Shown one piece after another: positions 52,226-62,761 of a DNA stretch of 64,000 nt. The translations under genes and the position numbers were made by a program. The first letter of the stretch is position 1. Each line of letters starts with the position of its first letter. The DNA comes from Candidatus Methanomethylophilaceae archaeon (GTDB lineage Archaea > Thermoplasmatota > Thermoplasmata > Methanomassiliicoccales > Methanomethylophilaceae): positions 1 through 64,000 of the forward strand of contig JBMNHS010000002.1 of NCBI GenBank assembly GCA_050950505.1. Reading direction: 5' to 3'. A model generated the notes under the pieces. It was not told where the DNA came from and ran no database searches. It saw only the letters and a program-made list of their open reading frames with translations.

Positions 52226-53613
52226 TTGGCACCGTCCCCCGAATCTTCGAGTCGTATGCCGGCTTCTCCCAGTCTGTCGCGGATCATGTCGGACAGATCG
52301 TAAGCCTTGCGTTCTCTGAGCTCCGATCTCAAATCAATCAGAATGTTCATGACGGCGTCCAAAGTCCCGTCGTCTCCTTCCGGGACGTCCGGATATATAC
52401 CCAAGATTCCGTTGAATTCATCGAGAAGGGCGACGAACCTCTCCGCGCCATCCCGGCTCAGGGTTTTGTCGGCCATGGATTTGTTCGCGGTTCTCGCAAG
52501 TTGATAAATCACTTCTATCGCCGCCCGGGTGTTGAAATCGTCATCCATGGCGTCAATGAATTTCTTTTTGTATTCTTCGACGGTTTCGGAAACGCCGTCG
52601 CCTTCCGCGGGACCCTGTTTCATGTAGGCTCTGAGATCGGTGTAATTGTTCACCAACCGTTCAAGGGAAGCTTCGGCGTCCTCCAGCATTTCCTCGCCGT
52701 AGGTGAGGGGACTCATGTAATGGGTGTTCAGGAAGTAGAATCTGATGACGTACTGGTCGTATTTCTCGGCGACGTCCCTTACCCTGAAGAAATTGCCCAC
52801 GGACTTGGACATCTTTTCTCCCTGAAACTGAAGCATGCCGTTATGCACCCAATATTTCGACAGAGGTTTGCCGGTAACGGCTTCCGTCTGAAGTATTTCG
52901 TTTTCGTGATGGGGGAAAACCAAGTCGTTCCCTCCCCCGTGAATGTCTATTTCGTCACCGAGATGTTCGCGAATCATGGCCGAACATTCGATGTGCCAGC
53001 CCGGACGTCCTTTGCCCCAGGGGGAATCCCAGGCAATCTCTCCGGGCTTGGCGGATTTCCAAACCGCAAAATCCATGGGATTCTTTTTGTTTTCGTCAAG
53101 AACGACTCTGCCGGAAGATTCCATGTTTTCAAGTTTCTGTCCGGTCAGTCTTCCGTAGTCTTCCACTTTGTCCACGGAGAAATAAACGCTTCCGTCCTCC
53201 GTGACATATCCGAATCCGCTTTCGATTATCTCTCCCACCATTTTGATTATGGCCGGCATTTCCTCACTGGCCTTGGGGTAAAAATCGGCTTTGCCGATTC
53301 CGAGTTTCGCGGCGTCTTCGAAGTAATTCTGAATATAACGGGCGGATAGTTCGAGAGCGTCAACGTTTTCTTCCGCCGCCCGGTTGATTATCTTATCGTC
53401 TATATCGGTGAAATTGGTGAGATGGGTCACGTCATATCCGCGGTACCTGAGGTATCTTGCAATCATGTCGAAAACGATCATGCTGCGGGCGTGTCCCATA
53501 TGTATGTCGTCGTACACGGTCACTCCGCATACGTACATTTTCACTTTCCCTTCTTCCAAGGGAACGAATTTTTCCTTTTTTCCCGTTAAAGTGTTCCTGA
53601 TCACTACTGACAT
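52210..53613 (-). CDS. cysS: Cysteine--tRNA ligase
   Basis: YVCGVTVY, HMGH, PGWHIECS, FPHHENE, KMSKS. Confidence 0.98.
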   Translation of the reverse strand: MSVVIRNTLTGKKEKFVPLEEGKVKMYVCGVTVYDDIHMGHARSMIVFDMIARYLRYRGYDVTHLTNFTDIDDKIINRAAEENVDALELSARYIQNYFEDAAKLGIGKADFYPKASEEMPAIIKMVGEIIESGFGYVTEDGSVYFSVDKVEDYGRLTGQKLENMESSGRVVLDENKKNPMDFAVWKSAKPGEIAWDSPWGKGRPGWHIECSAMIREHLGDEIDIHGGGNDLVFPHHENEILQTEAVTGKPLSKYWVHNGMLQFQGEKMSKSVGNFFRVRDVAEKYDQYVIRFYFLNTHYMSPLTYGEEMLEDAEASLERLVNNYTDLRAYMKQGPAEGDGVSETVEEYKKKFIDAMDDDFNTRAAIEVIYQLARTANKSMADKTLSRDGAERFVALLDEFNGILGIYPDVPEGDDGTLDAVMNILIDLRSELRERKAYDLSDMIRDRLGEAGIRLEDSGDGAKWKRI

Positions 53614-53658
53614 CGAATCGAACCTCTATATCATAAGTAGTAAATAAATCGGAGCCGA

Positions 53659-54300
53659 TTATTTTTTGACGGATCTCTTCAGATCTTCCAGCTCTTTTCT
53701 GATTTCTTCCAGCTCGTTTTCAAGTTTGTTGAAATATTCCTTCACGGGGTCCGGCAGCGCGTCGTGTCTCAGCTCGTCTTCCAGGACACCGACTCTTTTG
53801 ATCACTTTTCCGGGCACGCCCACAACGGTGGAATCCTCCGGAACGTCTTTCAGAACAACGGAACCCGCGCCGATCCTCACCCGGTCTCCCACGGTGATGT
53901 TTCCCAAAACCGTGGCGTTCGCACCTATGACGACTTTGTTGCCGATGGTGGGATGTCTTTTGCCTTTTGAAAACGAAACACCGCCCAAGGTGACTCCCTG
54001 GTATATCACCACGTCATCGCCTATGACCGCGGTTTCCCCGATGACCACGCCGGTGGCGTGGTCTATGAAGAATCTCTTTCCCACGGTTGCGCCCGGATGT
54101 ATGTCGCATCCGGTCATCTGATGGGCTCTGAAGTTGATTTCCCTGGCTTCCCTCTTTTTGCCCTGTTTCCAAAGTTCGTGGCTTTCACGGTACATGGAAA
54201 CGGCATGGAGTCCCGTGTGAAACCTTACGGCGTCCTCCTCATCGATGATGGCAGGATCGAATTCCATGGTTGCCGCCAAGTCGTCAGGGTCGATTTTCAT
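53659..54300 (-). CDS. cysE: Serine O-acetyltransferase
   Basis: DIHPGA, IDHATGVVIGETA, YQGVTLGG, KRHPT. Confidence 0.93.
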   Translation of the reverse strand: MKIDPDDLAATMEFDPAIIDEEDAVRFHTGLHAVSMYRESHELWKQGKKREAREINFRAHQMTGCDIHPGATVGKRFFIDHATGVVIGETAVIGDDVVIYQGVTLGGVSFSKGKRHPTIGNKVVIGANATVLGNITVGDRVRIGAGSVVLKDVPEDSTVVGVPGKVIKRVGVLEDELRHDALPDPVKEYFNKLENELEEIRKELEDLKRSVKK

Positions 54301-54344
54301 GGTTATACCATCTGCGGTTGTTCTATTTAGTTATCCCGAAAAGG

Positions 54345-56273
54345 TCACGGCCCGTAATCTTCGTTGATATCGTCGGTGAAATCCGCCGAAGGGCAGGGAC
54401 CGAAACATTCTCTGCAGTATATGCACTCGTCCTCGTTGATGTGAACCTTTCCGTCTTTCATGTACAGGGCACCGGGTCTGCACCTCGTTGCGCACAACCC
54501 GCATCCGACGCACTGTTCGGCTCTGACGATGACCTGCCAGGCATGGTCCATTCTTCTCTTGGTATCGTTGATGGAACTGGATTTCGATATCACGGAACCG
54601 TCACGGTATATGGTGACGTAATCCGCGGAAACCCATTCGCAGTCCGGATCGTAATCGACGATCCAACCCAAAGCCCTGCAGAAAGGTTTGACCTTCTTCA
54701 GATCTATGGGGCGGGACAGGGCGGCTTCAACGCTGTACCCTATGGTGCACGGGGAATACCCGTCCTGTATTTTTATCCTCAAAGGTCCGCTCTCTTCGGG
54801 AGCGGAACGTTTTGTCAAATCCGAAACATCTTTTCCGGTCACTCTTTTCACCTCTTCTCTCATGGATGCGGGGGCGCTCTTCCATCTCCACAGTCCGAAT
54901 TCAACCCATTCGGGAGGGAGTCCGTAGTCCTCCGCGTATTTCCTCAGCAATCCGTCCCATTCGGTGAATTTTTTATTTTCCCTCATGGCATCGAATTCCG
55001 CAAGATCCGACGCGGGACACAGGAAGCATCCTATCCGGTCCAATCCCCGGGTGTACCATACGTTGTACGGTTCTTTTTTGCTGAATATGTAAAGCCAGAC
55101 ATGCATTGCCGACCAGTCCTGAATCGGGGATGCGCCCAACTGACCCGGCGTCCAGGGATTTCTCCAGACTCTCGATTTCGCCTTTCTGGCCTCGGATTCG
55201 TATTTTCTCTGGCCGATGAATGACAGAACCCCGTCGGGGAAGTTTTTGTTTATCGCGTTTACCGTGGGGCCGAGTTTGTTGGTTTTGCAGCACCATCTGT
55301 AATCCTTTGCGGGAGGTCCGAAATAAACAAGATTTCCGAAGAACGCGTCGGCGGAGGCTTTTTCTTCTATCAGTTTCAAACCGTGCCTTTCCACGGTATC
55401 ATGAACGAACTGCACGGTTTCTTCGAATTCCAATCCGGTATCCACGAAGAGAACCGGAAGTTTGTGTCCGGCGTCCAGGGTCAGCAACAACGTGGCCTGA
55501 CTGTCCTTTCCCCCGGAATAGGACACGATTGCGGGCAATTCGTTTTTTTCAATGGTGCTGTTGATGAATCTCACGGCTTCGTCGACTCTTTTGTCAATCA
55601 CCGGCTGATTGACTTCAACAACGTAATCCCAAGTGTGTTTTTCGTTCCGCACAATCAACTCTTCGGGACGGTACCATCTGGGTTTGACGGCAATACCCCG
55701 TCCTCCCACCATTTCGGAAGCGGGCATCCTTGCGCTTCCCGCGGCAACGATTGTTCCGTCTTTGGTTATAATTACAACCTCATCACCCGGCTTCACGTCG
55801 GGATGGACGGAATTCACACCCGGGGCCATCAGGTTCTTGCTGTCCTGTACGTACTGTACGGCGCCGTCGTCGCATACAACGTAACCTTTGCCGATTGTTC
55901 CCTTGAGGCGCAGGGCGCCCTGCATCCTCAGTATCGCTTTCCAACCGCCGCCCAGATCGTATCTCATGGTGGCGACGACGATTCCGTCGCACACCACTTC
56001 GTCCATGCGGTCCAATCCCGGAATTTTGTTCAGAATGACTGTGTGCCCTTCCGGAAGAACGGCTTTCCCGGAACCGTCGCCGTAAGTATCGTCAAGAATT
56101 TTTCTTATTTTTTCGATGTCTCCGTCAAACGCGGGTCTCGAATCCGCCGGAGGGGTCAGAACCACCTCATAGGTGTCCGAACCGCAAACGGGACAGCTTT
56201 TGCTCTCCAGTATCGGAAGATTGCAGTCACCGCACCATCTCAGGTGGTTCTTTCCGAGTCTCACAGCGCCCAT
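54345..56273 (-). CDS. PAPS-reductase-family PP-loop protein with Zn-ribbon, PUA and ferredoxin domains
   Basis: WCGDC..CPVC, LMAPGV (PUA), SGGKDS, RWCC, RIGCFLCP, two CxxCxxCxxxC motifs. Confidence 0.88.
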   Translation of the reverse strand: MGAVRLGKNHLRWCGDCNLPILESKSCPVCGSDTYEVVLTPPADSRPAFDGDIEKIRKILDDTYGDGSGKAVLPEGHTVILNKIPGLDRMDEVVCDGIVVATMRYDLGGGWKAILRMQGALRLKGTIGKGYVVCDDGAVQYVQDSKNLMAPGVNSVHPDVKPGDEVVIITKDGTIVAAGSARMPASEMVGGRGIAVKPRWYRPEELIVRNEKHTWDYVVEVNQPVIDKRVDEAVRFINSTIEKNELPAIVSYSGGKDSQATLLLTLDAGHKLPVLFVDTGLEFEETVQFVHDTVERHGLKLIEEKASADAFFGNLVYFGPPAKDYRWCCKTNKLGPTVNAINKNFPDGVLSFIGQRKYESEARKAKSRVWRNPWTPGQLGASPIQDWSAMHVWLYIFSKKEPYNVWYTRGLDRIGCFLCPASDLAEFDAMRENKKFTEWDGLLRKYAEDYGLPPEWVEFGLWRWKSAPASMREEVKRVTGKDVSDLTKRSAPEESGPLRIKIQDGYSPCTIGYSVEAALSRPIDLKKVKPFCRALGWIVDYDPDCEWVSADYVTIYRDGSVISKSSSINDTKRRMDHAWQVIVRAEQCVGCGLCATRCRPGALYMKDGKVHINEDECIYCRECFGPCPSADFTDDINEDYGP

Positions 56274-56367
56274 GGATTGTTCAATATACCGAACATATTA
56301 ATCTTCTTTTACCCACGATTTCCGAACGATATTCCGTTTCTGAAAAATATTCTACTTATTTTTGCAA

Positions 56368-56398
56368 TATAATGTATATTATTATACATCAATGTACA
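56368..56398. promoter_or_regulatory. Putative operator array (TRP-box-like) upstream of the MFS-aminotransferase operon
   Basis: TATAA-TGTATA-TTAT-TATACA-TCAA-TGTACA: three hexamers spaced by 4 bp. Confidence 0.6.
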
Positions 56399-56450
56399 TA
56401 ATTTATTATATTGAATATTGCTTTGACGGATTAAAACAGGAGAGATATAC

Positions 56451-57653
56451 CTGGAAGACAACACGCTTCATTCAAACAAAAGATATATCGTACTGATTGC
56501 GGGAATGATTATTCAGCTCTGTGCCGGAGTCATATACATGTGGGCGGTCTTCAAAGACCCCGTTTCGGCATATCTCGAACGGTCTCCCGGGGACATAGCC
56601 CTGGTATCTTCGGTGATGCTTTCGGCTTTTGTTTTCGGAATACTTTTCGGCGGGATTCTGCAGGACCGTTTCGGACCCCAAGCCATCGCCGTACTTGGAA
56701 GCGTCGTGATGTCTTCGGGAATTCTTCTGACGTCTTTCGTGACTTCGGATTCTGCGTCCCTCATTTATCTCACATACGGGGTAATCGGAGGATTCGGCGT
56801 GGGAACGGTGTATCTGTGCACCGTGTCCTGCGTTCAGAAATGGTTCCCCGACAAGCGGGGTTTTGCAACCGGTGCGATGGTGGGGGCGTTCGGATTCTCA
56901 TTGGTGATATTCACTCCTCTGGCAACCTATCTTCTCGAAGAAACCGGCGTGCCGATGACCTTCAGGATACTCGGGTCCGCGTTCATGATAATCTGTGTGA
57001 TTTCAGCATTGATTCTCATAAACCCTCCCGAAGGGTTCACGGCGCCGGGAAAGATCACGGATACGGGGAAGAAACAGTTCACACCTTCCGAAATGGTCAG
57101 AACCAAGGAATTCTATCTGATTTCGGGTTCGCTGTTCCTTGTTCTCCCGGCGTTCTTCATTCTCAACCCTCATCTCGTGACTCTTGCGACGGAGAGGGGA
57201 TTTGCCGAATATGCCACAATGGGGGTCATGATAACCGGCGTGTTCAGCGCGGCGGGACGTTTGCTGATTACATGGATGTCCGACAAAACCGGACGGATTC
57301 CGGCAATGGTGTTCATCGCCGTCATAACCGCAATCGGCGTTTTTGCGCTCACCGCGGCATCCGGATATCTGTTCCTGATCTGCGTCGCACTGATATCTTT
57401 CACTTTCGGAGGGGCTTCCGGCGTGTACGCCGCCGTAACGGCGGATCATTTCGGGACGAAAAACATGGGTACCAACTACGGCATAGTCATTATGGGATTC
57501 GGAGCTTCGGCGTTGCTGTTCCCTTATCTGACGAACATAATCTCGTCCCCCGGGGACATGACGAACGCGTTCATTCTCGCCGCCGTCACATGCATATTGG
57601 CTTTGGTACTGGTATTGATGCTGAGAACGTCATACAAAGGACGTGATTATTAA
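56451..57653 (+). CDS. MFS transporter, oxalate/formate antiporter (OFA) family; probable CTG start
   Basis: QLCAGVIYMWAVF, KWFPDKRGFATG, FGTKNMGTNYG; first TM begins before the ATG at 56505; AGGAGA lies 7 nt before CTG 56451. Confidence 0.88.
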   Translation: MEDNTLHSNKRYIVLIAGMIIQLCAGVIYMWAVFKDPVSAYLERSPGDIALVSSVMLSAFVFGILFGGILQDRFGPQAIAVLGSVVMSSGILLTSFVTSDSASLIYLTYGVIGGFGVGTVYLCTVSCVQKWFPDKRGFATGAMVGAFGFSLVIFTPLATYLLEETGVPMTFRILGSAFMIICVISALILINPPEGFTAPGKITDTGKKQFTPSEMVRTKEFYLISGSLFLVLPAFFILNPHLVTLATERGFAEYATMGVMITGVFSAAGRLLITWMSDKTGRIPAMVFIAVITAIGVFALTAASGYLFLICVALISFTFGGASGVYAAVTADHFGTKNMGTNYGIVIMGFGASALLFPYLTNIISSPGDMTNAFILAAVTCILALVLVLMLRTSYKGRDY

Positions 57654-57689
57654 TAACTGAGAACTGCTTTGCCACCTGAAGGAACCGAT

Positions 57690-58895
57690 ATGAAGAAAGT
57701 ACTGAAGGCTTCGAAAAGGTCAATGGCGATGGATTATGCAATACGCGAAATCAGCGTACCCGCCGAGGAAGCCGCCAAAGCAGGAAAAAAGATTATCGGC
57801 CTCAACATCGGAGATCCCAACAAATGGGATTTCGAAACTCCGGAATATTTCAAAGACGCACTCCGCAAAGCCGTTGACGAAACCGACAACGGTTACGGAG
57901 ATTCCCAGGGCAATCTTGACTTCAGGGAATCCATCGTGAGAAGGGAACGGAAGAAGCACGGCATCGACATAACCGCGGACGATGTGCACATCACCAACGG
58001 GGTAAGCGAAGGAATAAACATCCTTATGGGCACCATGCTTGAAGCCGGGGATGAAGTTCTCGTACCCGGGCCGGGATATCCGTCCTACTCCCAATACATA
58101 GGATTCTACGGCGGAAAAGTCGTTCCGTACCGTCAGATGGAGGAGGAAGATTGGGCCCCCGACACGGACATGATCAGAAAACGGATTACCGACAGAACAA
58201 AAGCCGTGGTCATGATCAATCCCAACAATCCCACGGGTGCGGAGTACGAAGCGAAGCACATCCGCGAGATAGGGGACATCTGCGCGGAATACGAAATACC
58301 TCTGCTTTCCGACGAGATATACGACAAACTGGCTTTCGACGGGGATTTCCATTCCGCTTCGAGACTCAGCGACGACGTTCCCAGAATCGTGTTCAACGGA
58401 TTTTCCAAAGTGAATCTCATGCCCGGCTGGAGAGTCGGTTACTTTTATTACATGGACGAAAAAGGTCTGATGGACGAAATCCGCGAAGGCGTGATGAAAC
58501 AGCTCCGCGCAAGAATCTGTGCCAACGTGCCTTGTCAGCAGGCCGCGAAAGCGTCTTTGGAAGGACCCCAGGATTACATAGAGGACATGAACCGCAAACT
58601 GAAGGAACGTGCCGATTTCTCATACAAGAGACTGAACGAAATAGACAGCATCGAAACCCGGAAAGCCCAGGGCGCATTGTACATGTTCCCGAAAATCGAT
58701 TTGAGGGGACGTTGGAAATCCGACAAAGATTTCGTTCTCAATCTCATCAAAGAGGAAGGCGTCGTTCTGGTTCACGGATCGGGATTCTGCGAAGAGTTCG
58801 GAACGGGTCATTTCAGAACGATTCTTCTGCCGCCTTTGGAAATTCTCGAGGAAGCTTACGACAAACTCGAAAGGTTCATGAACAGACATTCCTGA
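57690..58895 (+). CDS. PLP-dependent class I/II aminotransferase
   Basis: LNIGDP, NGVSEG, INPNNPTG, DEIYD, NGFSK...PGWRVG. Confidence 0.93.
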   Translation: MKKVLKASKRSMAMDYAIREISVPAEEAAKAGKKIIGLNIGDPNKWDFETPEYFKDALRKAVDETDNGYGDSQGNLDFRESIVRRERKKHGIDITADDVHITNGVSEGINILMGTMLEAGDEVLVPGPGYPSYSQYIGFYGGKVVPYRQMEEEDWAPDTDMIRKRITDRTKAVVMINPNNPTGAEYEAKHIREIGDICAEYEIPLLSDEIYDKLAFDGDFHSASRLSDDVPRIVFNGFSKVNLMPGWRVGYFYYMDEKGLMDEIREGVMKQLRARICANVPCQQAAKASLEGPQDYIEDMNRKLKERADFSYKRLNEIDSIETRKAQGALYMFPKIDLRGRWKSDKDFVLNLIKEEGVVLVHGSGFCEEFGTGHFRTILLPPLEILEEAYDKLERFMNRHS

Positions 58896-59157
58896 CCGAA
58901 TTTTTCTTGATTTGTTCCGTAACGGTTCTTGATTACTGACGGTAATGAATGTGGCATACACAGGAACAACAGGACTAAAAAAGGAATCATTGACGTAAAA
59001 CTCCTATTGGATCTCTAAATTTGTAACATCAGATCCCTACGCTTAACGTTACAGAGTCAGAGTTAAAATTTTAGAGATACTATTCATAGAATTCAAAAAT
59101 GCACATGATTTTGATTTTCAACCGCTTTCTAAAACAATTGCCAAAATTTACAATTGT

Positions 59158-59768
59158 GGTGACAAATACATCGAGAAAATAGCAAACTCCATTCTGATGA
59201 GTTACCCCGGCATCAAGGGTTTTGAGAAGCGCAATCTTGAAAGATGAGGCGTTCTTACGAGCTGTATGCAAACGATGAAATTGCGTCGGCACCGCTGACG
59301 CAATTGAGTCGGACAAACAACTACATGGTGGCGTCACGTTGCAAAACGCAGGAAGAACGGCATTTTTATCTCAATCTTGCAATAAACGAGAAGTATTCGT
59401 CGAGGGAACTTGAACGTCAGCTGGATAGCATGTATTACGAAAGAGCGATGATTTCAAAAGAGAATCTCAAACCCGTTCCGGTGCCCGATGGTGTCAAGAA
59501 CAGATTTCTAGATTTGTATATTTTGGAATTTCTCGATCTCCTGAACGAGTACTCTGAAAAGGATCTGCAGGATGCTTTGATCTCGAACATCAGAGACTTC
59601 ATTCTTGAGTTGGGTAAGGATTTTACATTTGTCGGTCAGAACTATCGTTTGATGGTCGGCAACCATGATTACTATTTGGATTTAGTGTTCTATTACCGCA
59701 GATTATCTTGTTTGGTAAACGTTGAACTCAAGATAGGGGAATTCAAACCTGAATATCTCGGAAAATGA
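59158..59768 (+). pseudogene. Decayed YhcG/DUF1016 PD-(D/E)XK nuclease-like gene
   Basis: GDKYIE..YPGIKGFEKRNLER in one frame continues as MRRSYELY..LEFLDL..FILELG..VELKIGEFKPEYLGK after a frameshift near 59243; both ends missing. Confidence 0.8.
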
Positions 59769-59784
59769 TTATTTATTTTGTTGT

Positions 59785-60515
59785 CTAATTGCGGTTTGAA
59801 ATGTTGAGTTTCCCCGACATCATCCTCGGTATCAAGTAGTCTCTAAGCTCCATCAATTCCAAATTCTCTCTTAAGTTCAGAGAAATCATATCATAATAAT
59901 TCCTCAATTCCTCTCCGATTGGAGCTAACAAGGAAAGATCCTTCGGAAATGTAACTCTATAATTGGGGATACATTTCTTACTTAAATGGAGAACGGTGGT
60001 TCCATTTACATACCCCAATGCGTGATTTTTAAAACGGGCATCACTCAACAAAGCTGCAAGGATAAAGACATTGACATCATCAGTTACAGATTCAACTTTG
60101 ACTAAATCCATCGACATAATAAGGTCTGTAAACGAGCCTTTCGAAAGAATCAACTCTGAATTTCCGATTACTTCTGCAGCCTGTGTCAGGTCTGTATGTG
60201 CGACTACTAAATCAAACAAATCCAAATATTGACCGGTTTTCACTCCCTTTTCGGGAATCAGTGGCTTATATCCTTCTGTTTCAAACCCGCCAGACCTATC
60301 AAAATTTTTTATTGTGACAAGGGCAGTGGAGGAATTATCCCCTAGTTCTTGACTTGTGTACGAATATCCGTTTGTCGTCTTTACTAAATCTGAGAGGAGA
60401 TAGACTTGCCAATTTTTTGGGATAGATTTGTATTTAGAACTGCCTTTTTCTAAGTCAAAATGGTAAAAGAATCTTTTTGTGCGTATCCTAATTACTTGAG
60501 ATAAATAATCATTTA
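59785..60515 (-). pseudogene. hsdS: Half of a type I restriction-modification specificity subunit (one TRD)
   Basis: INDYL.., IPKNW, NGTTVLHL, LMELRDYLIPRMMSGKL; no credible start codon; AT-rich; ends in TAG. Confidence 0.8.
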
Positions 60516-60564
60516 TCCGATAAAATGTGCAACAGGCGTTACAAAAACATGTGAAATGTATAGC

Positions 60565-60584
60565 CCGCAGGGGAATCCCTGCGG
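60565..60584 (-). terminator. Stem-loop downstream of ribH
   Basis: CCGCAGGG-GAAT-CCCTGCGG. Confidence 0.6.
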
Positions 60585-60601
60585 TTTGAAAGTTTAAAAA
60601 A

Positions 60602-61012
60602 TCACTCAAGCCTTTTGAGCATTTTGACGACGGCATCGACGGCATCGCGTCCTTTCTCGATACGGTCCATTGCCTGGAGTTTCGTCATTCCGGGTCCGTT
60701 GACCCCGAAGGCGATGGGCTTGTTGTATTCAAGGGAAAGATCCGTGATCTTCCTTGCAGCCTGGGCTATTATGACCTGGTCGTGGTCGGTTTCGCCGGTT
60801 ATGACGGCTCCCAAAGTGATGACCGCGTCAATATCTTTCATTTCGGCCAGGTGTTTCACCGCCAAAGGCATGTCGTAAACGCCGGGAACGAAGATTTCTT
60901 CGGTAATTTCGACTCCGAGGAATTCAGCCTCGGCTTTCGCTCTTTCAATCATCATGGAAGTCACGTCGAAATTGAATTCCGCGGCAACCATTCCTATTCT
61001 GTACTTTTTCAT
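60602..61012 (-). CDS. ribH: 6,7-dimethyl-8-ribityllumazine synthase
   Basis: AEFN, VPGVYDMP, LGAVITGETDH, KPIAFGV. Confidence 0.95.
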   Translation of the reverse strand: MKKYRIGMVAAEFNFDVTSMMIERAKAEAEFLGVEITEEIFVPGVYDMPLAVKHLAEMKDIDAVITLGAVITGETDHDQVIIAQAARKITDLSLEYNKPIAFGVNGPGMTKLQAMDRIEKGRDAVDAVVKMLKRLE

Positions 61013-61016
61013 CCTT

Positions 61017-61912
<896 letters not shown>

Positions 61913-61913
61913 A

Positions 61914-62624
61914 TCAGCGAACCGCCTCCGCCTTCCCCCGGAACTCGTCCCACTTCTCGATGACCTGATCTCCGGTGATATATTCGATATCGTTGTCTTC
62001 GGCGAATTTCATTGTCTTTTCTTTGCTCATTGCCTTTCCGTCGTCACCCATCATTTCGCATATGGTCGCGGAAGGAAGAACCCCCGCCATGTACATCAAC
62101 GCGGTGCAGAGTTCGGTGTGTCCCTTTCTCGAAGTAAGAAGATTTTCGGAAGCGTTCAGCAGATGAACGTGACCGGGAGATCTGAACTCGTTGCCCAAAT
62201 CCTTGATGATTTCTTCATCGGGTTTGTTTTGGAATATGACTTCCGCATATCTCGCGATGGTCATCGCACGGTCTCCGTCGGTGACTCCCGTGAATGTCTT
62301 GCGGTGGTTGACCGTGATGCCGAAAGAAGATTTGGTATTGTCATAAGGCAGATCGTTGGGAATCATTTTCTTCAGCAAAGGATAATTTCCCGGGTCGCTG
62401 CGGTAAACGTCCGTCATATACGGAAGTCCCAAATTTTTCGCTCTTTCGTAGGGAGTGGTCGTACAGATCAGCCCGCCTGCGTTTTTTCTCATAAATCTTA
62501 CAGTTTCAAATGTGGCAAACTGCGAAGCGACGGTAAGGTCGGCTTCGCCTTCCCTGTTGTCAAAATCGTAGACCAGAACAACTTTGCCCTGACGGATGTC
62601 GTCCAGGGCTTTTTCGAAATTCAT
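61914..62624 (-). CDS. ribB: 3,4-dihydroxy-2-butanone-4-phosphate synthase
   Basis: DNREGEADL, GGLIC, TGVTDGDR, SPGHV, RKGHTE, ICEM. Confidence 0.95.
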   Translation of the reverse strand: MNFEKALDDIRQGKVVLVYDFDNREGEADLTVASQFATFETVRFMRKNAGGLICTTTPYERAKNLGLPYMTDVYRSDPGNYPLLKKMIPNDLPYDNTKSSFGITVNHRKTFTGVTDGDRAMTIARYAEVIFQNKPDEEIIKDLGNEFRSPGHVHLLNASENLLTSRKGHTELCTALMYMAGVLPSATICEMMGDDGKAMSKEKTMKFAEDNDIEYITGDQVIEKWDEFRGKAEAVR

Positions 62625-62761
62625 TCAATCACCTGTAATCATCCAAAGCGACATATAAAAAAATTGTTGGTAAAGTACTATTATTTTGGTAGGTTCATAT
62701 TAGTTGCGTAACACATTGTTTTACGATAACAGTTTAAATATCTGCAACCAATGGAACTGTA

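Noticed and set aside
2013-58939. Many long antisense or alternate-frame ORFs (e.g. 2013-2918, 10766-11941, 13169-14425, 56540-57646)
   Set aside because: They are shadows of well-supported genes with no motifs of their own, as expected from codon bias and scarce stop codons in other frames
59022-59053. TGTAAC...GTTACA inverted repeat as a recombination site
   Set aside because: Only 6-bp arms, with no recombinase or partner site found
60516-60645. ORF-track N-terminal extension of hsdS
   Set aside because: It runs through the ribH 3' end and its stem-loop; not HsdS-like
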